A stretch of 64,000 nt of DNA from Staphylococcus phage Fi4S2, in sequence record PV037056.1. One strand, given 5' to 3'. Positions within the stretch are counted from its first letter, which is position 1; each line of letters opens with the position of its first letter. The position numbers were made by a program, and so were the translations under genes. The notes beneath the pieces are model-generated. The model searched no databases, had not been told where the DNA came from, and saw only the letters and a list, made by a program, of their open reading frames with translations. Shown piece by piece: positions 1 through 9,791 of this stretch.

Positions 1-619
1 GGTAAGAGGTAAGTAACTTATCAATCTGACTTTCTAATACTTTCTTATCTAATAACTTTAAGTCTGTAGTATATAAGGTAGTCATTAATACAGACTCATC
101 TGTTGGTGCTATTGTTTGATATAGTTCTGCATCCATCTCAGATATAGGTTTTAATTTACCACCTTGGATTAACTCTTTTAATAGAGAAACCCATATGTCA
201 TTATTTGTTACTACTTCATCTATAAAGAATAGAGGGTATACAAGTCTATAGAGCTTTTTCAAGCTAGGTTTAGTTGCTTGTGGCATTTGAATACCATTGT
301 CTATAGCTAAGCCATCATTCAAACCGATGATAGTGATTCCTGATTCTACGTCAGGAGCAATAACAACATCTTCAATTGTACCGTCTTGAGTAGTAAAAGT
401 TTCAATACCACTAAGGCAAGAATCTAGTACCTCATCAGAGCTGAATAAGTTGCTTTCCAATTCATCTAATGAGTATAGACCCTCATCTAGGTCTTCTACT
501 TCTTCCTCTACTAAGTCTGCATTTAGCTTAGGGTTACTTTCTATTGGTTTATTAATATTCTTCTTTCCATTGCGCAGGTTATTAATGATGTCGTTATAAC
601 TTTCATACTCTTGACTCAT
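1..619 (-). CDS. hypothetical acidic protein, 5' part only (gene runs off window start)
   Basis: Minus-strand ORF with ATG at 619-617 preceded by GGAGGA; no stop before position 1; translation MSQEYESYNDIINNLRNGKK...; not in ORF track because it is truncated. Confidence 0.5.
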   Translation of the reverse strand, partial: MSQEYESYNDIINNLRNGKKNINKPIESNPKLNADLVEEEVEDLDEGLYSLDELESNLFSSDEVLDSCLSGIETFTTQDGTIEDVVIAPDVESGITIIGLNDGLAIDNGIQMPQATKPSLKKLYRLVYPLFFIDEVVTNNDIWVSLLKELIQGGKLKPISEMDAELYQTIAPTDESVLMTTLYTTDLKLLDKKVLESQIDKLLTSY

Positions 620-630
620 ATAAGTTCCTC

Positions 631-1086
631 CTAGTTTGTTTTTCTAGAACCACCATTTGCATTATTAGCGCTACTAGTTCTTACAATATTACGCTTACGG
701 TCTACGTTTAAGCTATCTAAGATGTAGTAAACTTGATTACGTTTTAATTTGTGTGTCCACATTACAAACTCTAAAGAAGAGTTTTCATAGTCCTTTAGAA
801 ACTGCTTTAATCTATTTTCATCATTCAAGATGTATTTTACTTTTTCATAAGTTCTACTTTCTCTTCTCTGAGGTACATTATTCTTTCTAAGAATCGTATA
901 CAACTGACCAGCAGATATGCTAAAGTCTTCTGCAATCGTCTTAAAAGGAGTCCCTTTAATATAAGAGTTACAAATGTCAACTTCCTTGCCTTTACTCTTA
1001 TTAGTTTTTTGATGCTTATCTTTTACTGATACCTTTTTCTCATCACTAATCTTTTCTAAATGTTTTTTATTTACTTCAATGTCCAT
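631..1086 (-). CDS. small basic protein with helix-turn-helix-like segment
   Basis: 151-aa ORF; segment TIAEDFSISAGQLYTILRKNNV resembles an HTH (sigma region-4/resolvase-like); tightly packed in same-strand operon. Confidence 0.5.
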   Translation of the reverse strand: MDIEVNKKHLEKISDEKKVSVKDKHQKTNKSKGKEVDICNSYIKGTPFKTIAEDFSISAGQLYTILRKNNVPQRRESRTYEKVKYILNDENRLKQFLKDYENSSLEFVMWTHKLKRNQVYYILDSLNVDRKRNIVRTSSANNANGGSRKTN

Positions 1087-1097
1087 AACTATTCCTC

Positions 1098-1589
1098 CTA
1101 TTTTTGAAGTTTTACTTCTTCTGATTGGTAGAGATACTCATCTCCTGATAATTCAAACAGATAGTCTGATTCATTAACTAAATGTTGGTATATTGCTGTA
1201 ACCAGTGCTACATCAGTCTCTCCTGTATCAGCTCTGTTATAAATTACCTTATCTCCAACTCTTATGTCAGTATAATACTTAATAAATGTTTTGTCAAGGA
1301 AAACATCAAACTTTTTCAAAGTATTTAATGTAATGTCTGATACTGTCCAGTATTTTTGGAAGAATGTATCGACATCATCTTTATAAGATTCTAAAGAAGT
1401 CATAGTATATTGATGGTCATCATCACTTATTCTAACTAAAACATCTTTTTTTGAACGTTCAGCACCAATAATCCTGATTGTCTCACCTTTGGTATATAGC
1501 GTATCTATAATCTCTACCATAGATGTTAATTTCTTAGGTGTAATCAGTTCTTTATAATCATCTTCAATTTGTTCTTTAGTAAATGGCAT
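1098..1589 (-). CDS. hypothetical protein
   Basis: 163-aa ORF in operon context, 11-nt gap to next gene. Confidence 0.5.
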   Translation of the reverse strand: MPFTKEQIEDDYKELITPKKLTSMVEIIDTLYTKGETIRIIGAERSKKDVLVRISDDDHQYTMTSLESYKDDVDTFFQKYWTVSDITLNTLKKFDVFLDKTFIKYYTDIRVGDKVIYNRADTGETDVALVTAIYQHLVNESDYLFELSGDEYLYQSEEVKLQK

Positions 1590-1600
1590 ATTTAGTCCCC

Positions 1601-2581
1601 CTATAGTCTTATGTCTGTATTCTCTACAGCTTTCATTAATCTCTTACCTTCATCAGTTAAGTCCATATTTCTATAGAACTCTTCTTCTTTTTCTTTCATT
1701 GCATCTAATATTACTTCATGTAACTCTTCAGGTACGTGTTCCATCATAGCTTCAATCATAGCTGATTCTTTAGCTACTTGTTTTAGCTGTATTTCTTTCA
1801 TAGCATTTAAGGTTAATCCTTGAAGTTTGTTTCCTGTTAATTTAGCACGCAGTTCAATAGCTTTCATCATAATAGGTGCATCTACATAATCCACAGTTTG
1901 AATGGTTCTAAATCCTTTGTCTATCACAGCCTCTAAGACTTCTATGTCACTCACTGTTTTTTCAAACTTATCAAAAGAACCATCATAATGGCTTAACATG
2001 TCCCCTACCTTGCTAGAGTCTGCTTCTCTATCTAAAATACTAACTATTTTACTAGAAGGCTTTCTACCATCTATAAGCTCACCTAAATCCATACCTGTTT
2101 CCAATGATTCTTGTCGTTTCTGTTTGTATCTAGTTATAGAAGCTTTAGATAGCTCTAAGTCATAACGCTCACATAAGCTAATAATATAACTGTAAGAACG
2201 ACCTTCATCCAAAGCATTATCAACTTTAGCTCTTAATGGTTTATTGTCATAAAGCTTTTGGATTAAGCTTTCTCTCCCTGCTTTCTTTTTAGGCTCTTCC
2301 TCTTCTTCCTCTTCTTCCTTTTCTTCTTCTGTACTTTGAGCTTCATCTAAACGCTCTTTATAATCTTCTAGGAATGAAGATAGGTCTTCTGTGATGTCTT
2401 CTGTTACATCTTCCCACCCATCTTTATTACTATCCTCATTTAATTCTTCCTCAACATCCTTCTTATTTGGTTCTTTATTCTCTTCTTGTCCTTTAATGCG
2501 TAGCTTTTTTCTTGACATACTATTGACTCCTCTTCTATTTTTAGTTGTTTTAATTGTAACAGTAAAACACAATAAAAACAA
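1601..2581 (-). CDS. hypothetical protein with poly-Glu tract and HTH-like segment
   Basis: 326-aa ORF; EEEKEEEEEEEE tract (nt ~2285-2340); YIISLCERYDLELSKASITRYKQ HTH-like. Confidence 0.5.
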   Translation of the reverse strand: MFLLCFTVTIKTTKNRRGVNSMSRKKLRIKGQEENKEPNKKDVEEELNEDSNKDGWEDVTEDITEDLSSFLEDYKERLDEAQSTEEEKEEEEEEEEPKKKAGRESLIQKLYDNKPLRAKVDNALDEGRSYSYIISLCERYDLELSKASITRYKQKRQESLETGMDLGELIDGRKPSSKIVSILDREADSSKVGDMLSHYDGSFDKFEKTVSDIEVLEAVIDKGFRTIQTVDYVDAPIMMKAIELRAKLTGNKLQGLTLNAMKEIQLKQVAKESAMIEAMMEHVPEELHEVILDAMKEKEEEFYRNMDLTDEGKRLMKAVENTDIRL

Positions 2582-2802
2582 TAGTTATTTAAACCCCTAT
2601 ATTATCGCATTTCATAGTATTTCATAATGATTAAAGGTGTTAACTATAAAAATTTGTTATATTTCATAAATCGGGGGTCTATAGTAGAAAACCCTACTGT
2701 TATGTATATAACATTTTTATTATGTAAAATGAAAAACCTATAGAAAAAAGTAATAGGTCTTACCGTTTCATCATAAATAATATAACAACTCTGAAACAAG
2801 AT

Positions 2803-2841
2803 TATAAAAGCATACTGATTAGTGTAGTATAACCAGTATGC
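2803..2841 (-). terminator. putative rho-independent terminator (minus strand) after gene 2853..3764
   Basis: Stem gcatactg/cagtatgc with long loop, U-rich tail on minus strand (tttta). Confidence 0.3.
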
Positions 2842-2852
2842 AATGCTGGACT

Positions 2853-3764
2853 TTAACCAAAATACACTTCTATTTGCTCTCCATTTTGAAGATTTATGAC
2901 TAGTTTGTAGGCTCTAGTATACTTATCTACTTCTACAAAATCTGAGTTTTTAATAGCAGTGTGTTTAAACATTAAGTTAGATTCACCACTAAATATAGCT
3001 ACATAGGGTTCCTCATCTAAACTATCAATGTCAGCTACTCTAGCTACAATACCTAAGTCTGTCGTATCTAGCAATCTATGTTTAGCACCACTCTTACTTT
3101 CCATCATAACTCCGATAATACGTCTACCAAAGAAAGCACTGTCCTCAATTACTTTTAAAAACTTAATTGTTTCTAATCTCTTTAAGGTTTTTCCACTTAA
3201 AGAACCTAGTAACGTTTGACCATCATACTCTTTCTCCATCAAAGCTATATATAACGTAACATAAGTGTCTAAGTAAGTTACTGTAAACATGTATACTGTC
3301 AACTCTACGCCCTTAGTTACTTTGTAAGTTGTCTTTTTCATCTGTTTCTCACTATCAAATAGTAACAAAGCGTTACAGTCGTATGTCAATTCATCTGTAA
3401 TTTCTAAGGCTCTAGATACATCTTGAAAGCTTCCTATAGAACCTGCACTTCTTACTTCCTCTCCTGTCTCTGAATCCATAGGAGTATAGGTATCTTGTTT
3501 AGTCCATAGTATAGAACCTACACCACTGTCTATTAAGCTACCATTTAAGTCCCTAAGCATTCCTAACTGAGCTTTTGTAGGTGTTAATAGTACCTGTGTT
3601 GAGAAGGATTTACCATCTATAGCAGGCTCAAACAAAGCAGGCTCTGCTCTAATACCTATAGCACTATCCGAGTCTAATCTAACTCCTACTAGCTCTTTAC
3701 TATTTAAATCTTTATTTAATTGTGAAAATGTTGTATTGTGGTCTTTTGCTTTTAATCCTAACAC
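2853..3764 (-). CDS. hypothetical protein
   Basis: 303-aa ORF, operon context. Confidence 0.55.
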   Translation of the reverse strand: MLGLKAKDHNTTFSQLNKDLNSKELVGVRLDSDSAIGIRAEPALFEPAIDGKSFSTQVLLTPTKAQLGMLRDLNGSLIDSGVGSILWTKQDTYTPMDSETGEEVRSAGSIGSFQDVSRALEITDELTYDCNALLLFDSEKQMKKTTYKVTKGVELTVYMFTVTYLDTYVTLYIALMEKEYDGQTLLGSLSGKTLKRLETIKFLKVIEDSAFFGRRIIGVMMESKSGAKHRLLDTTDLGIVARVADIDSLDEEPYVAIFSGESNLMFKHTAIKNSDFVEVDKYTRAYKLVINLQNGEQIEVYFG

Positions 3765-3770
3765 TATCCA

Positions 3771-4178
3771 TCAACCTTTCTGTTTGAATGATATAATTAA
3801 TATGTCTTTTTTAAATGTATATTGCTGTCTTATACTTACCTTACCTATTACAACATTGCCATACTTTACATAATAACTCAATGTATCTGTTGTTAAAGTA
3901 CTATCTGAGGCATACTGTTTGAGGTGTAAGTACTTACGATTAATTGTACTATAATTAGCTACAATGTCAAGAGCATATTTTTCTTTTAATTCCATTTGAG
4001 CATCTGTTAGCTTATCGAACATCTTGGTGCACACTAGCGTATACTTACCTTTTTCTCTTGTTTTAGGGTGTGCCATTGTTCTGTTAGAGCCTACACCACT
4101 GTTTTTATACCTAGCTAAAACACGTTTAGTTGAATAGTGAGAGGACTTGCCTTTATTCATATTTTTATAGTTCATCAT
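3771..4178 (-). CDS. hypothetical protein
   Basis: 135-aa ORF. Confidence 0.45.
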   Translation of the reverse strand: MMNYKNMNKGKSSHYSTKRVLARYKNSGVGSNRTMAHPKTREKGKYTLVCTKMFDKLTDAQMELKEKYALDIVANYSTINRKYLHLKQYASDSTLTTDTLSYYVKYGNVVIGKVSIRQQYTFKKDILIISFKQKG

Positions 4179-4989
4179 TGAAATCTCCTCTGTACTTCAA
4201 TTCAGCAGGTTTACGGTATTGGAAAGGATGTTTAGAAACCTGTTTCTCAGAGTCCTTGATACCTAATACCATTGCCTTACCAAATAATGCTTTTAGTTGT
4301 TTATCATTTCTTACACCAATCATGTCTTGAATGATGGCAGGTTTTCTTAATGAGTTATTTAACATACCACGTGCTTCATGTCTTAGTTTGTCATGAGGCA
4401 TAACTTTATCTTTAGATGATGAGTTGTTTTTAAATCTATCTTTACCATGCATACGTATCAATTCAGCTTTCCATAGTACATCTAGCATGTGATAGTTAGA
4501 ATGTATTGGAGAGGGCATAGCTTGTTTGTACTTACCAAATATAGGCTCTCCCTCAAAAGATATATAGCTGATAATACCTACATGATTATGTTTGTATCTT
4601 TTTATTACTTGCTCTACCTTATCAATAAAGTCATCATGACAAACTACGTATACATACTCACAAACTAAGCTATACATACGTAGTTGTTTATTAAGTCGAG
4701 TGGTAGAGTCTCTTTCTGTCTTAATCTCTAGACCTATAGAAGTTCCTTCAGTGTCTATCATTAAACAATCCATGATACATTTACCTCTCATAATTGCTTT
4801 CTCAAAGATTGCAACCCTAAGGTCATCATCCTTAACTAACCCTTCTTCTCTCTCAAACATGTGAGATAAATAGAGTAAGCCATCTTTTATGTCCTGTTCA
4901 TAGTAACGTTCTTCTTTAGCTTTCTTGACTTCTTTTTCATTATCTACAAACTCACTTCTATACTTATCTTTTTTTACTCTCATAACCAC
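4165..4989 (-). CDS. hypothetical protein, possible PD-(D/E)xK-type nuclease motif
   Basis: 274-aa ORF; segment MIDTEGTSIGLEIK (D...E-x-K) resembles a restriction-endonuclease-like core; weak. Confidence 0.4.
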   Translation of the reverse strand: MVMRVKKDKYRSEFVDNEKEVKKAKEERYYEQDIKDGLLYLSHMFEREEGLVKDDDLRVAIFEKAIMRGKCIMDCLMIDTEGTSIGLEIKTERDSTTRLNKQLRMYSLVCEYVYVVCHDDFIDKVEQVIKRYKHNHVGIISYISFEGEPIFGKYKQAMPSPIHSNYHMLDVLWKAELIRMHGKDRFKNNSSSKDKVMPHDKLRHEARGMLNNSLRKPAIIQDMIGVRNDKQLKALFGKAMVLGIKDSEKQVSKHPFQYRKPAELKYRGDFNDEL

Positions 4990-5498
4990 ATGTCACTACC
5001 TTTTTTAGCTAACTCATCTTTTAGTATAGCTGTAGGTGTAATGTAAGTTTTGACCCATTCAATAGACTCTAAGGAGATAAATACCATTGTTATCTTCTCT
5101 TCTATCATTTCTTTTTTTGCATAATCCCATGTACTTGGTTCTCTCTCAAAGAACCCTAGACCTTCTTTACCTGTAACTGTATCTATACCAGGTACAATAG
5201 GTGCTATAAAGAGTGGTGGGTTAGTTCTTCTTATTTTCTTACCAGTTGTTCTAGGTAATACTTTCTTCAGGGCATCACTTAAAGCTGTACCCCCTACAAT
5301 ACCAGTAGTTTGTTGTTCTATTGTAAAATCTTTGATAGGTTCTTTACCATCTTCAACATCTGCAACACCATAAACAATAACAATACCTTTGTCATCTTCA
5401 GGTATCTCTACAATATAAAAAGGCTTTCCTTTAAAGTAAAGGATACCTCGTTGCATGAGTGTAGCAGGTGACTTGCTATTCTTAATATTAATTTTCAT
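4980..5498 (-). CDS. hypothetical protein
   Basis: 172-aa ORF. Confidence 0.5.
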   Translation of the reverse strand: MKINIKNSKSPATLMQRGILYFKGKPFYIVEIPEDDKGIVIVYGVADVEDGKEPIKDFTIEQQTTGIVGGTALSDALKKVLPRTTGKKIRRTNPPLFIAPIVPGIDTVTGKEGLGFFEREPSTWDYAKKEMIEEKITMVFISLESIEWVKTYITPTAILKDELAKKGSDMWL

Positions 5499-5559
5499 AC
5501 ACTATCTTCCTTCCTTTAGTATTATTAATAGTATACCATACATATTAATATAAGTAAAC

Positions 5560-5592
5560 AAAAAACCAAGAAATTAATCTTGGCTTTGACTT
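5560..5592 (-). terminator. rho-independent terminator (minus strand)
   Basis: ccaaga-AATTAA-tcttgg hairpin followed on minus strand by TTTTTTGTTT; overlaps stop of 5574..5954. Confidence 0.45.
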
Positions 5593-5954
5593 TGTTTTTT
5601 CATATAGTTTGCTTGTGCGATAGACATGATTAGGATATATACAATTCTAAATAAGGAGCCTATAAGCATAATAAATACTATTTTTAATAGTACAAATATT
5701 AAGCTATTCATAACTAAGGCAGGAGGTATCACTACTAGTATAAAGTATCCGACAACTAGACCTACCATACATAACCCTTCTCTTAGTAAAGTATTGACAA
5801 AGTGGTAGGCTGTTAAACCATTACCACCTTGCTCTTTTAACATCCTGCTGTTAGATATGTCAGCAAAGATGGATGACATCATGAAGGTAACACGCTGTAG
5901 TAATAATGTTATTAAGATAACTAGTTCTACCAATACCATATTAAGCATCTCCAT
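5574..5954 (-). CDS. small hydrophobic membrane protein
   Basis: 126-aa ORF, strongly hydrophobic (LVELVILITLLL..., VVGYFILVVIPPALV...). Confidence 0.5.
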   Translation of the reverse strand: MEMLNMVLVELVILITLLLQRVTFMMSSIFADISNSRMLKEQGGNGLTAYHFVNTLLREGLCMVGLVVGYFILVVIPPALVMNSLIFVLLKIVFIMLIGSLFRIVYILIMSIAQANYMKKQSQSQD

Positions 5955-7200
5955 TCAAGAATACTGGAATTATCTCAGGTGAGCGTTTTTCATTGTCTGA
6001 TAAAATCATAACTGTTTGACTAGGGCTTGTATAACCAAACATATGCTCCTTAGAGTAGTTATTATACCCAATAGGGCTAGAGTTAACTACATGTAAGCTA
6101 TGCTTGTTCTCTTGAATAACATAGAAGTGATGTACATGACCAGTAATTAAGATGTCTACAGACTGACTATTAGGTAGTTTGTGCATTACAGGTTTTTTAT
6201 TAGGTAAAGACTCCCCGTGATTTAAGGCAATGTTATAGTTATATACCGTATCAACTGCATTGTGAATGTCTTTTCTGTTATCTATAATGTTTACACCTTG
6301 GAAAGCACCATGTTCTTGTAAGAATAATAGTTGGTCTAAAGCAATGTAAGCTACACTGTCATTGTAAATCTTATCATTCTTATTACCTTGTAGTCTATCG
6401 TGATTACCATGGACGATACTGAAAGTAACGTTACCATACTTGTTAAGGTCTTCAATGATGTCAGCTAGTAACCTAATACCCTTAGCAATCTGTTCAGATA
6501 ATGTAAACTCTGTCTCAAATGCTTGGTTAACATTTCTCATAGAAACGTGCTCAATAAGGTCTCCTACAAAGTAGATACGGAAGTTTGAGATATTTCTATC
6601 AGCAATCATTTCATGTACTCTATCTAAGTAAGTTTTTAAACGTTTTTTAAGTACCTCAAAGTTATACCCATCTGATAAAGAGTCAGTAAACGCAAAGCCT
6701 ACATGGAAGTCAGACAAGGTAAGCACCATAGTCTCTGAATCATCTTCCACAAAGTTAACCACTTCAGGTTTTTTATACTCAACAACATCAAAGTCACTGA
6801 ATGCATCCTCTAAGTCTACTTTAAGGTTATTCATTAGTGATGCCATATAAGCTCCACTCTTCATTACCTTATTAAAGTGTCGCATAGAAGCACGCTGTTC
6901 TTCCTGTGCAATAATAGATGGTGTTACCTCATTGATGTAGTCATTAGACTCAAATACCTGCTCTGATTTATAGTCTCTCAAGTCTTCTAACTTATATTCC
7001 CCTTGAATAGCTTTTGTAATGATTTCATCATAAGTAGGGTCATTAGCTAAGTCGTTGTATAGTTCTTGTATCTCCAAAGCGGGCATACGTTCATAACCTA
7101 GTTTATTTACTGCTATCTTGTTTACCTTTGCTGATGTGATTTTATTTTCTGTAGCTAATAACACTCCAAAAATTATTGCATACTGTTTTTCCATTTCCAT
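5941..7200 (-). CDS. calcineurin-like metallophosphoesterase
   Basis: Motifs GDLIEH, HGNHDR, ITGHVHH typical of metallophosphoesterase (Mre11/SbcD-like PP2B fold) family. Confidence 0.7.
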   Translation of the reverse strand: MEMEKQYAIIFGVLLATENKITSAKVNKIAVNKLGYERMPALEIQELYNDLANDPTYDEIITKAIQGEYKLEDLRDYKSEQVFESNDYINEVTPSIIAQEEQRASMRHFNKVMKSGAYMASLMNNLKVDLEDAFSDFDVVEYKKPEVVNFVEDDSETMVLTLSDFHVGFAFTDSLSDGYNFEVLKKRLKTYLDRVHEMIADRNISNFRIYFVGDLIEHVSMRNVNQAFETEFTLSEQIAKGIRLLADIIEDLNKYGNVTFSIVHGNHDRLQGNKNDKIYNDSVAYIALDQLLFLQEHGAFQGVNIIDNRKDIHNAVDTVYNYNIALNHGESLPNKKPVMHKLPNSQSVDILITGHVHHFYVIQENKHSLHVVNSSPIGYNNYSKEHMFGYTSPSQTVMILSDNEKRSPEIIPVFLNGDA

Positions 7201-7229
7201 AAAGAAAATTCCTCCTGATTATGTTTTAT

Positions 7230-8120
7230 TTAAAATTTTGTTATGTCTTCTCTAGTTGTTAAATACTCGAACAGCTTATCACCTATCATTGAATTTACAG
7301 GACTGAAGTACACACTAGAGGCATGTGAGTTTCCTCTACCATTATCAGGATTGATAATTCTAGCTATAGCATCAGCTGATATATTCTCTGTTCTAATTAC
7401 TAACTTGTCAGATTTAGGTAAATGCTTACCTACAATTACAACCTTCTTATTGTACTGACTTAAGCTCGTGTTATTCATTATAGCATGAGCTACTTCATTT
7501 GTAAAGCGTTCTGCATAAAGAAAGGCTATACCTACATCATCTTTGTTATAAATCTGAGCTGACTGTTGTTTATGTGTAAGGTATTCCTGTCTTTGTTTAT
7601 GTACTTGCTCTATGATATACACATGTTGTTTAATTAAGTTAGTTACATTGTACTCTGCTTGAGTAAAGATGTCTATAAATCTTTCTTTATAGGTCTCTAA
7701 CAGGTCTCTGATAACTAATACCATTCTATCAGACAAATCATATTTATGATAACTATCAAGTAAGTTTACAATCGTGTCTGCCTCGACACCTAAGAGTAAA
7801 GCTAAGTGATGTATAGGTGCCTTAACAGAGTTATCTACATAAGAGCGTTGGTCAGGTATCATGTCACCATAACTGCACGTGTGTACAATCTCCATACCTC
7901 TATACGTACTTTCTACTTGATTTACAGGTCTTCTATCACGTTTTTCTTTGTAAGGAAACCCAAAGAGAACAATTTTATCTACATTGCCTAAGTTCTCTTT
8001 AGTTAGGTCTTTAAAGTCAAACTTATAACGATAGTGTATCTCTGCTTCTTCCTCTCTTAATAAGTAAGGTACATAATAGCTATCAGGCAATCCCTTATTT
8101 AAAATAGCTAATGTTTTCAT
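7230..8120 (-). CDS. hypothetical protein
   Basis: 296-aa ORF. Confidence 0.5.
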   Translation of the reverse strand: MKTLAILNKGLPDSYYVPYLLREEEAEIHYRYKFDFKDLTKENLGNVDKIVLFGFPYKEKRDRRPVNQVESTYRGMEIVHTCSYGDMIPDQRSYVDNSVKAPIHHLALLLGVEADTIVNLLDSYHKYDLSDRMVLVIRDLLETYKERFIDIFTQAEYNVTNLIKQHVYIIEQVHKQRQEYLTHKQQSAQIYNKDDVGIAFLYAERFTNEVAHAIMNNTSLSQYNKKVVIVGKHLPKSDKLVIRTENISADAIARIINPDNGRGNSHASSVYFSPVNSMIGDKLFEYLTTREDITKF

Positions 8121-8121
8121 A

Positions 8122-8361
8122 CTATTCCTCCTTTTTTACAAACACATAACCAATGACTGTATCATCTACATCTGAGATACCTTGCTCTTTTAAGATGTAG
8201 TTATGTTCTCTTGCAGTAGTATCTGTGAAGTTCATGATACTCTCAGCCTTACCTGATAAGACAAAAGGTGCATCTAACACCAATTCAATCTCAGGGTCTC
8301 CTTCTTTCATAGCTTTCTTAATCTTTGGCATGTCGTTAATGTTTCTCAGTACTAACTTCAT
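8122..8361 (-). CDS. hypothetical protein
   Basis: 79-aa ORF, 1-nt gap from upstream gene (coupled). Confidence 0.4.
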   Translation of the reverse strand: MKLVLRNINDMPKIKKAMKEGDPEIELVLDAPFVLSGKAESIMNFTDTTAREHNYILKEQGISDVDDTVIGYVFVKKEE

Positions 8362-8363
8362 AT

Positions 8364-8864
8364 TTATTCCTCCTCTAGACTATTAAAAAATTCATAAGTT
8401 TTTTGTATCTTATTACATTCTACCATGTTACCTTTATTTCTGTCAAGCCCTATTTTTAAGAAATCTTCAAGGGAACCTTTCCAACATCCTGCAAATACTG
8501 TATCCTCTGTCACGTTATAAGTAGCTTTACCCCAATATGTCCCTATATTATCAACTGAATAGAGCTCTATACCTTCTAAGTTAGTGATATGAGCTTCTGT
8601 AAAGTCATTACCGCTTATCTCACAATCATCTAAGAAGAGTGTAGAAGAGAAGTCTGTATACTCAAAATTATTGTCCTCTATTCTACAGTGCTTAAATATA
8701 CAACCTCTAAATGAAGCTTCTTCTAAATCCTTATTAATTAGTGTTACATTTTCTAGCTTTTTATTTCTTAAGTCCAATCTCTCTCCTGATTTACCATTAC
8801 TATCTAACCATTCATAGTGTAAACTACAGAGTATTGCCATGTCTTTTTGGTTTACTGTTTTCAT
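8364..8864 (-). CDS. pentapeptide-repeat protein
   Basis: Repeats of A(D/N)LxxA/F-type pentads: LENVTLINKDLEEASFRGCIFKHCRIEDNNFEYTDFSSTLFLDDCEISGNDFTEAHITNL. Confidence 0.55.
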   Translation of the reverse strand: MKTVNQKDMAILCSLHYEWLDSNGKSGERLDLRNKKLENVTLINKDLEEASFRGCIFKHCRIEDNNFEYTDFSSTLFLDDCEISGNDFTEAHITNLEGIELYSVDNIGTYWGKATYNVTEDTVFAGCWKGSLEDFLKIGLDRNKGNMVECNKIQKTYEFFNSLEEE

Positions 8865-8919
8865 ATTTTACATACTCCTCCTTCATATGTATCTACTATA
8901 TCACACTCTTGATAAAAAG

Positions 8920-8952
8920 TCAAAAAAAAGACTAGGAAATTAATCCTAGCCT
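8920..8952 (-). terminator. rho-independent terminator (minus strand) after Ig-like gene cluster
   Basis: ctagga-AATTAA-tcctag hairpin with 8-nt U-run on minus strand. Confidence 0.5.
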
Positions 8953-8966
8953 ATCTACTAACCTTA

Positions 8967-9182
8967 TTATGCTGGTGCTGAAGCATTTGTCGTAAATGCA
9001 GGTACATCTACTTTTTTAGATTCCTTAGAACCATCCGTGAAGGATACTTGGAAATCACCTTCTGCATAGTCAGTGCCTGCTGTAAGCCCAGTAATCTCTA
9101 CTGTGGTAGCTCCTGTGCCACTAACTTCTTGTTGAGCAACTTCTTCTCCTGATTTCTTGTATACTTTTAATGTTTTAGCCAT
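8967..9182 (-). CDS. Ig/FN3-like single-domain protein (paralogous module)
   Basis: 71 aa; LKVYKKSGEEV...VEITGLTAGTDYAEGDFQVSFTDGSKESKKVDVPAFTT, paralogous to N-terminus of 9202..9723. Confidence 0.55.
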   Translation of the reverse strand: MAKTLKVYKKSGEEVAQQEVSGTGATTVEITGLTAGTDYAEGDFQVSFTDGSKESKKVDVPAFTTNASAPA

Positions 9183-9201
9183 TATTTAATCATCCTTCCT
9201 A

Positions 9202-9723
9202 TTAGTCTACTGAAATTGTAGCTGACTCTTCTGCTGGTGTTACATTTACATTAGTAGGTTCTGCTGGTGCTGGTACAGTTACGTTTACTGTTACTTCTGA
9301 AGAAGCATTACCATCGTTAGATGCTACTAAAATTGTTGTACTACCTTCACCTACAGCAGTAATCTGACCACTGCCATCAACTGTCGCTACTGCTTCATTG
9401 TTTGAGACAAATCCTAAAGTCTTATCAGAAGCATTGTTTGGTGTTACTGTAGCACTAATAGTAGCTGTTCCACCCACTTCTAAGTCTTCTGTAGCATTAG
9501 TTACTTGAATAGCTGATACTAAAATAGCTAAAGTCTTGAAGCTTGGGACATCTACTTTATTAGACTCACCACTATCATTACTGAAAGAAACCTTATAGTC
9601 ACCTTTGGCAAAGTTTGTATTAGACTTTAACCCTTCGATAAGCACTTCAGTAGCACCTTCTTGGTTTGCATCTACAGATTTTACTAGTTCGGTTCCCTTA
9701 TACAAGTTTAGTTTGTTTGCCAT
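9202..9723 (-). CDS. Ig-like (Big_2-type) domain protein
   Basis: 173 aa; C-terminal ATVTPNNASDKTLGFVSNNEAVATVDGSGQITAVGEGSTTILV = bacterial Ig-like group 2 pattern. Confidence 0.6.
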   Translation of the reverse strand: MANKLNLYKGTELVKSVDANQEGATEVLIEGLKSNTNFAKGDYKVSFSNDSGESNKVDVPSFKTLAILVSAIQVTNATEDLEVGGTATISATVTPNNASDKTLGFVSNNEAVATVDGSGQITAVGEGSTTILVASNDGNASSEVTVNVTVPAPAEPTNVNVTPAEESATISVD

Positions 9724-9791
9724 TTGTACATCTCTCCAGTTGTTTTAAAATATTTATAATCAGCAGAGTTGCCCCTGCTGTTATATGCTAC

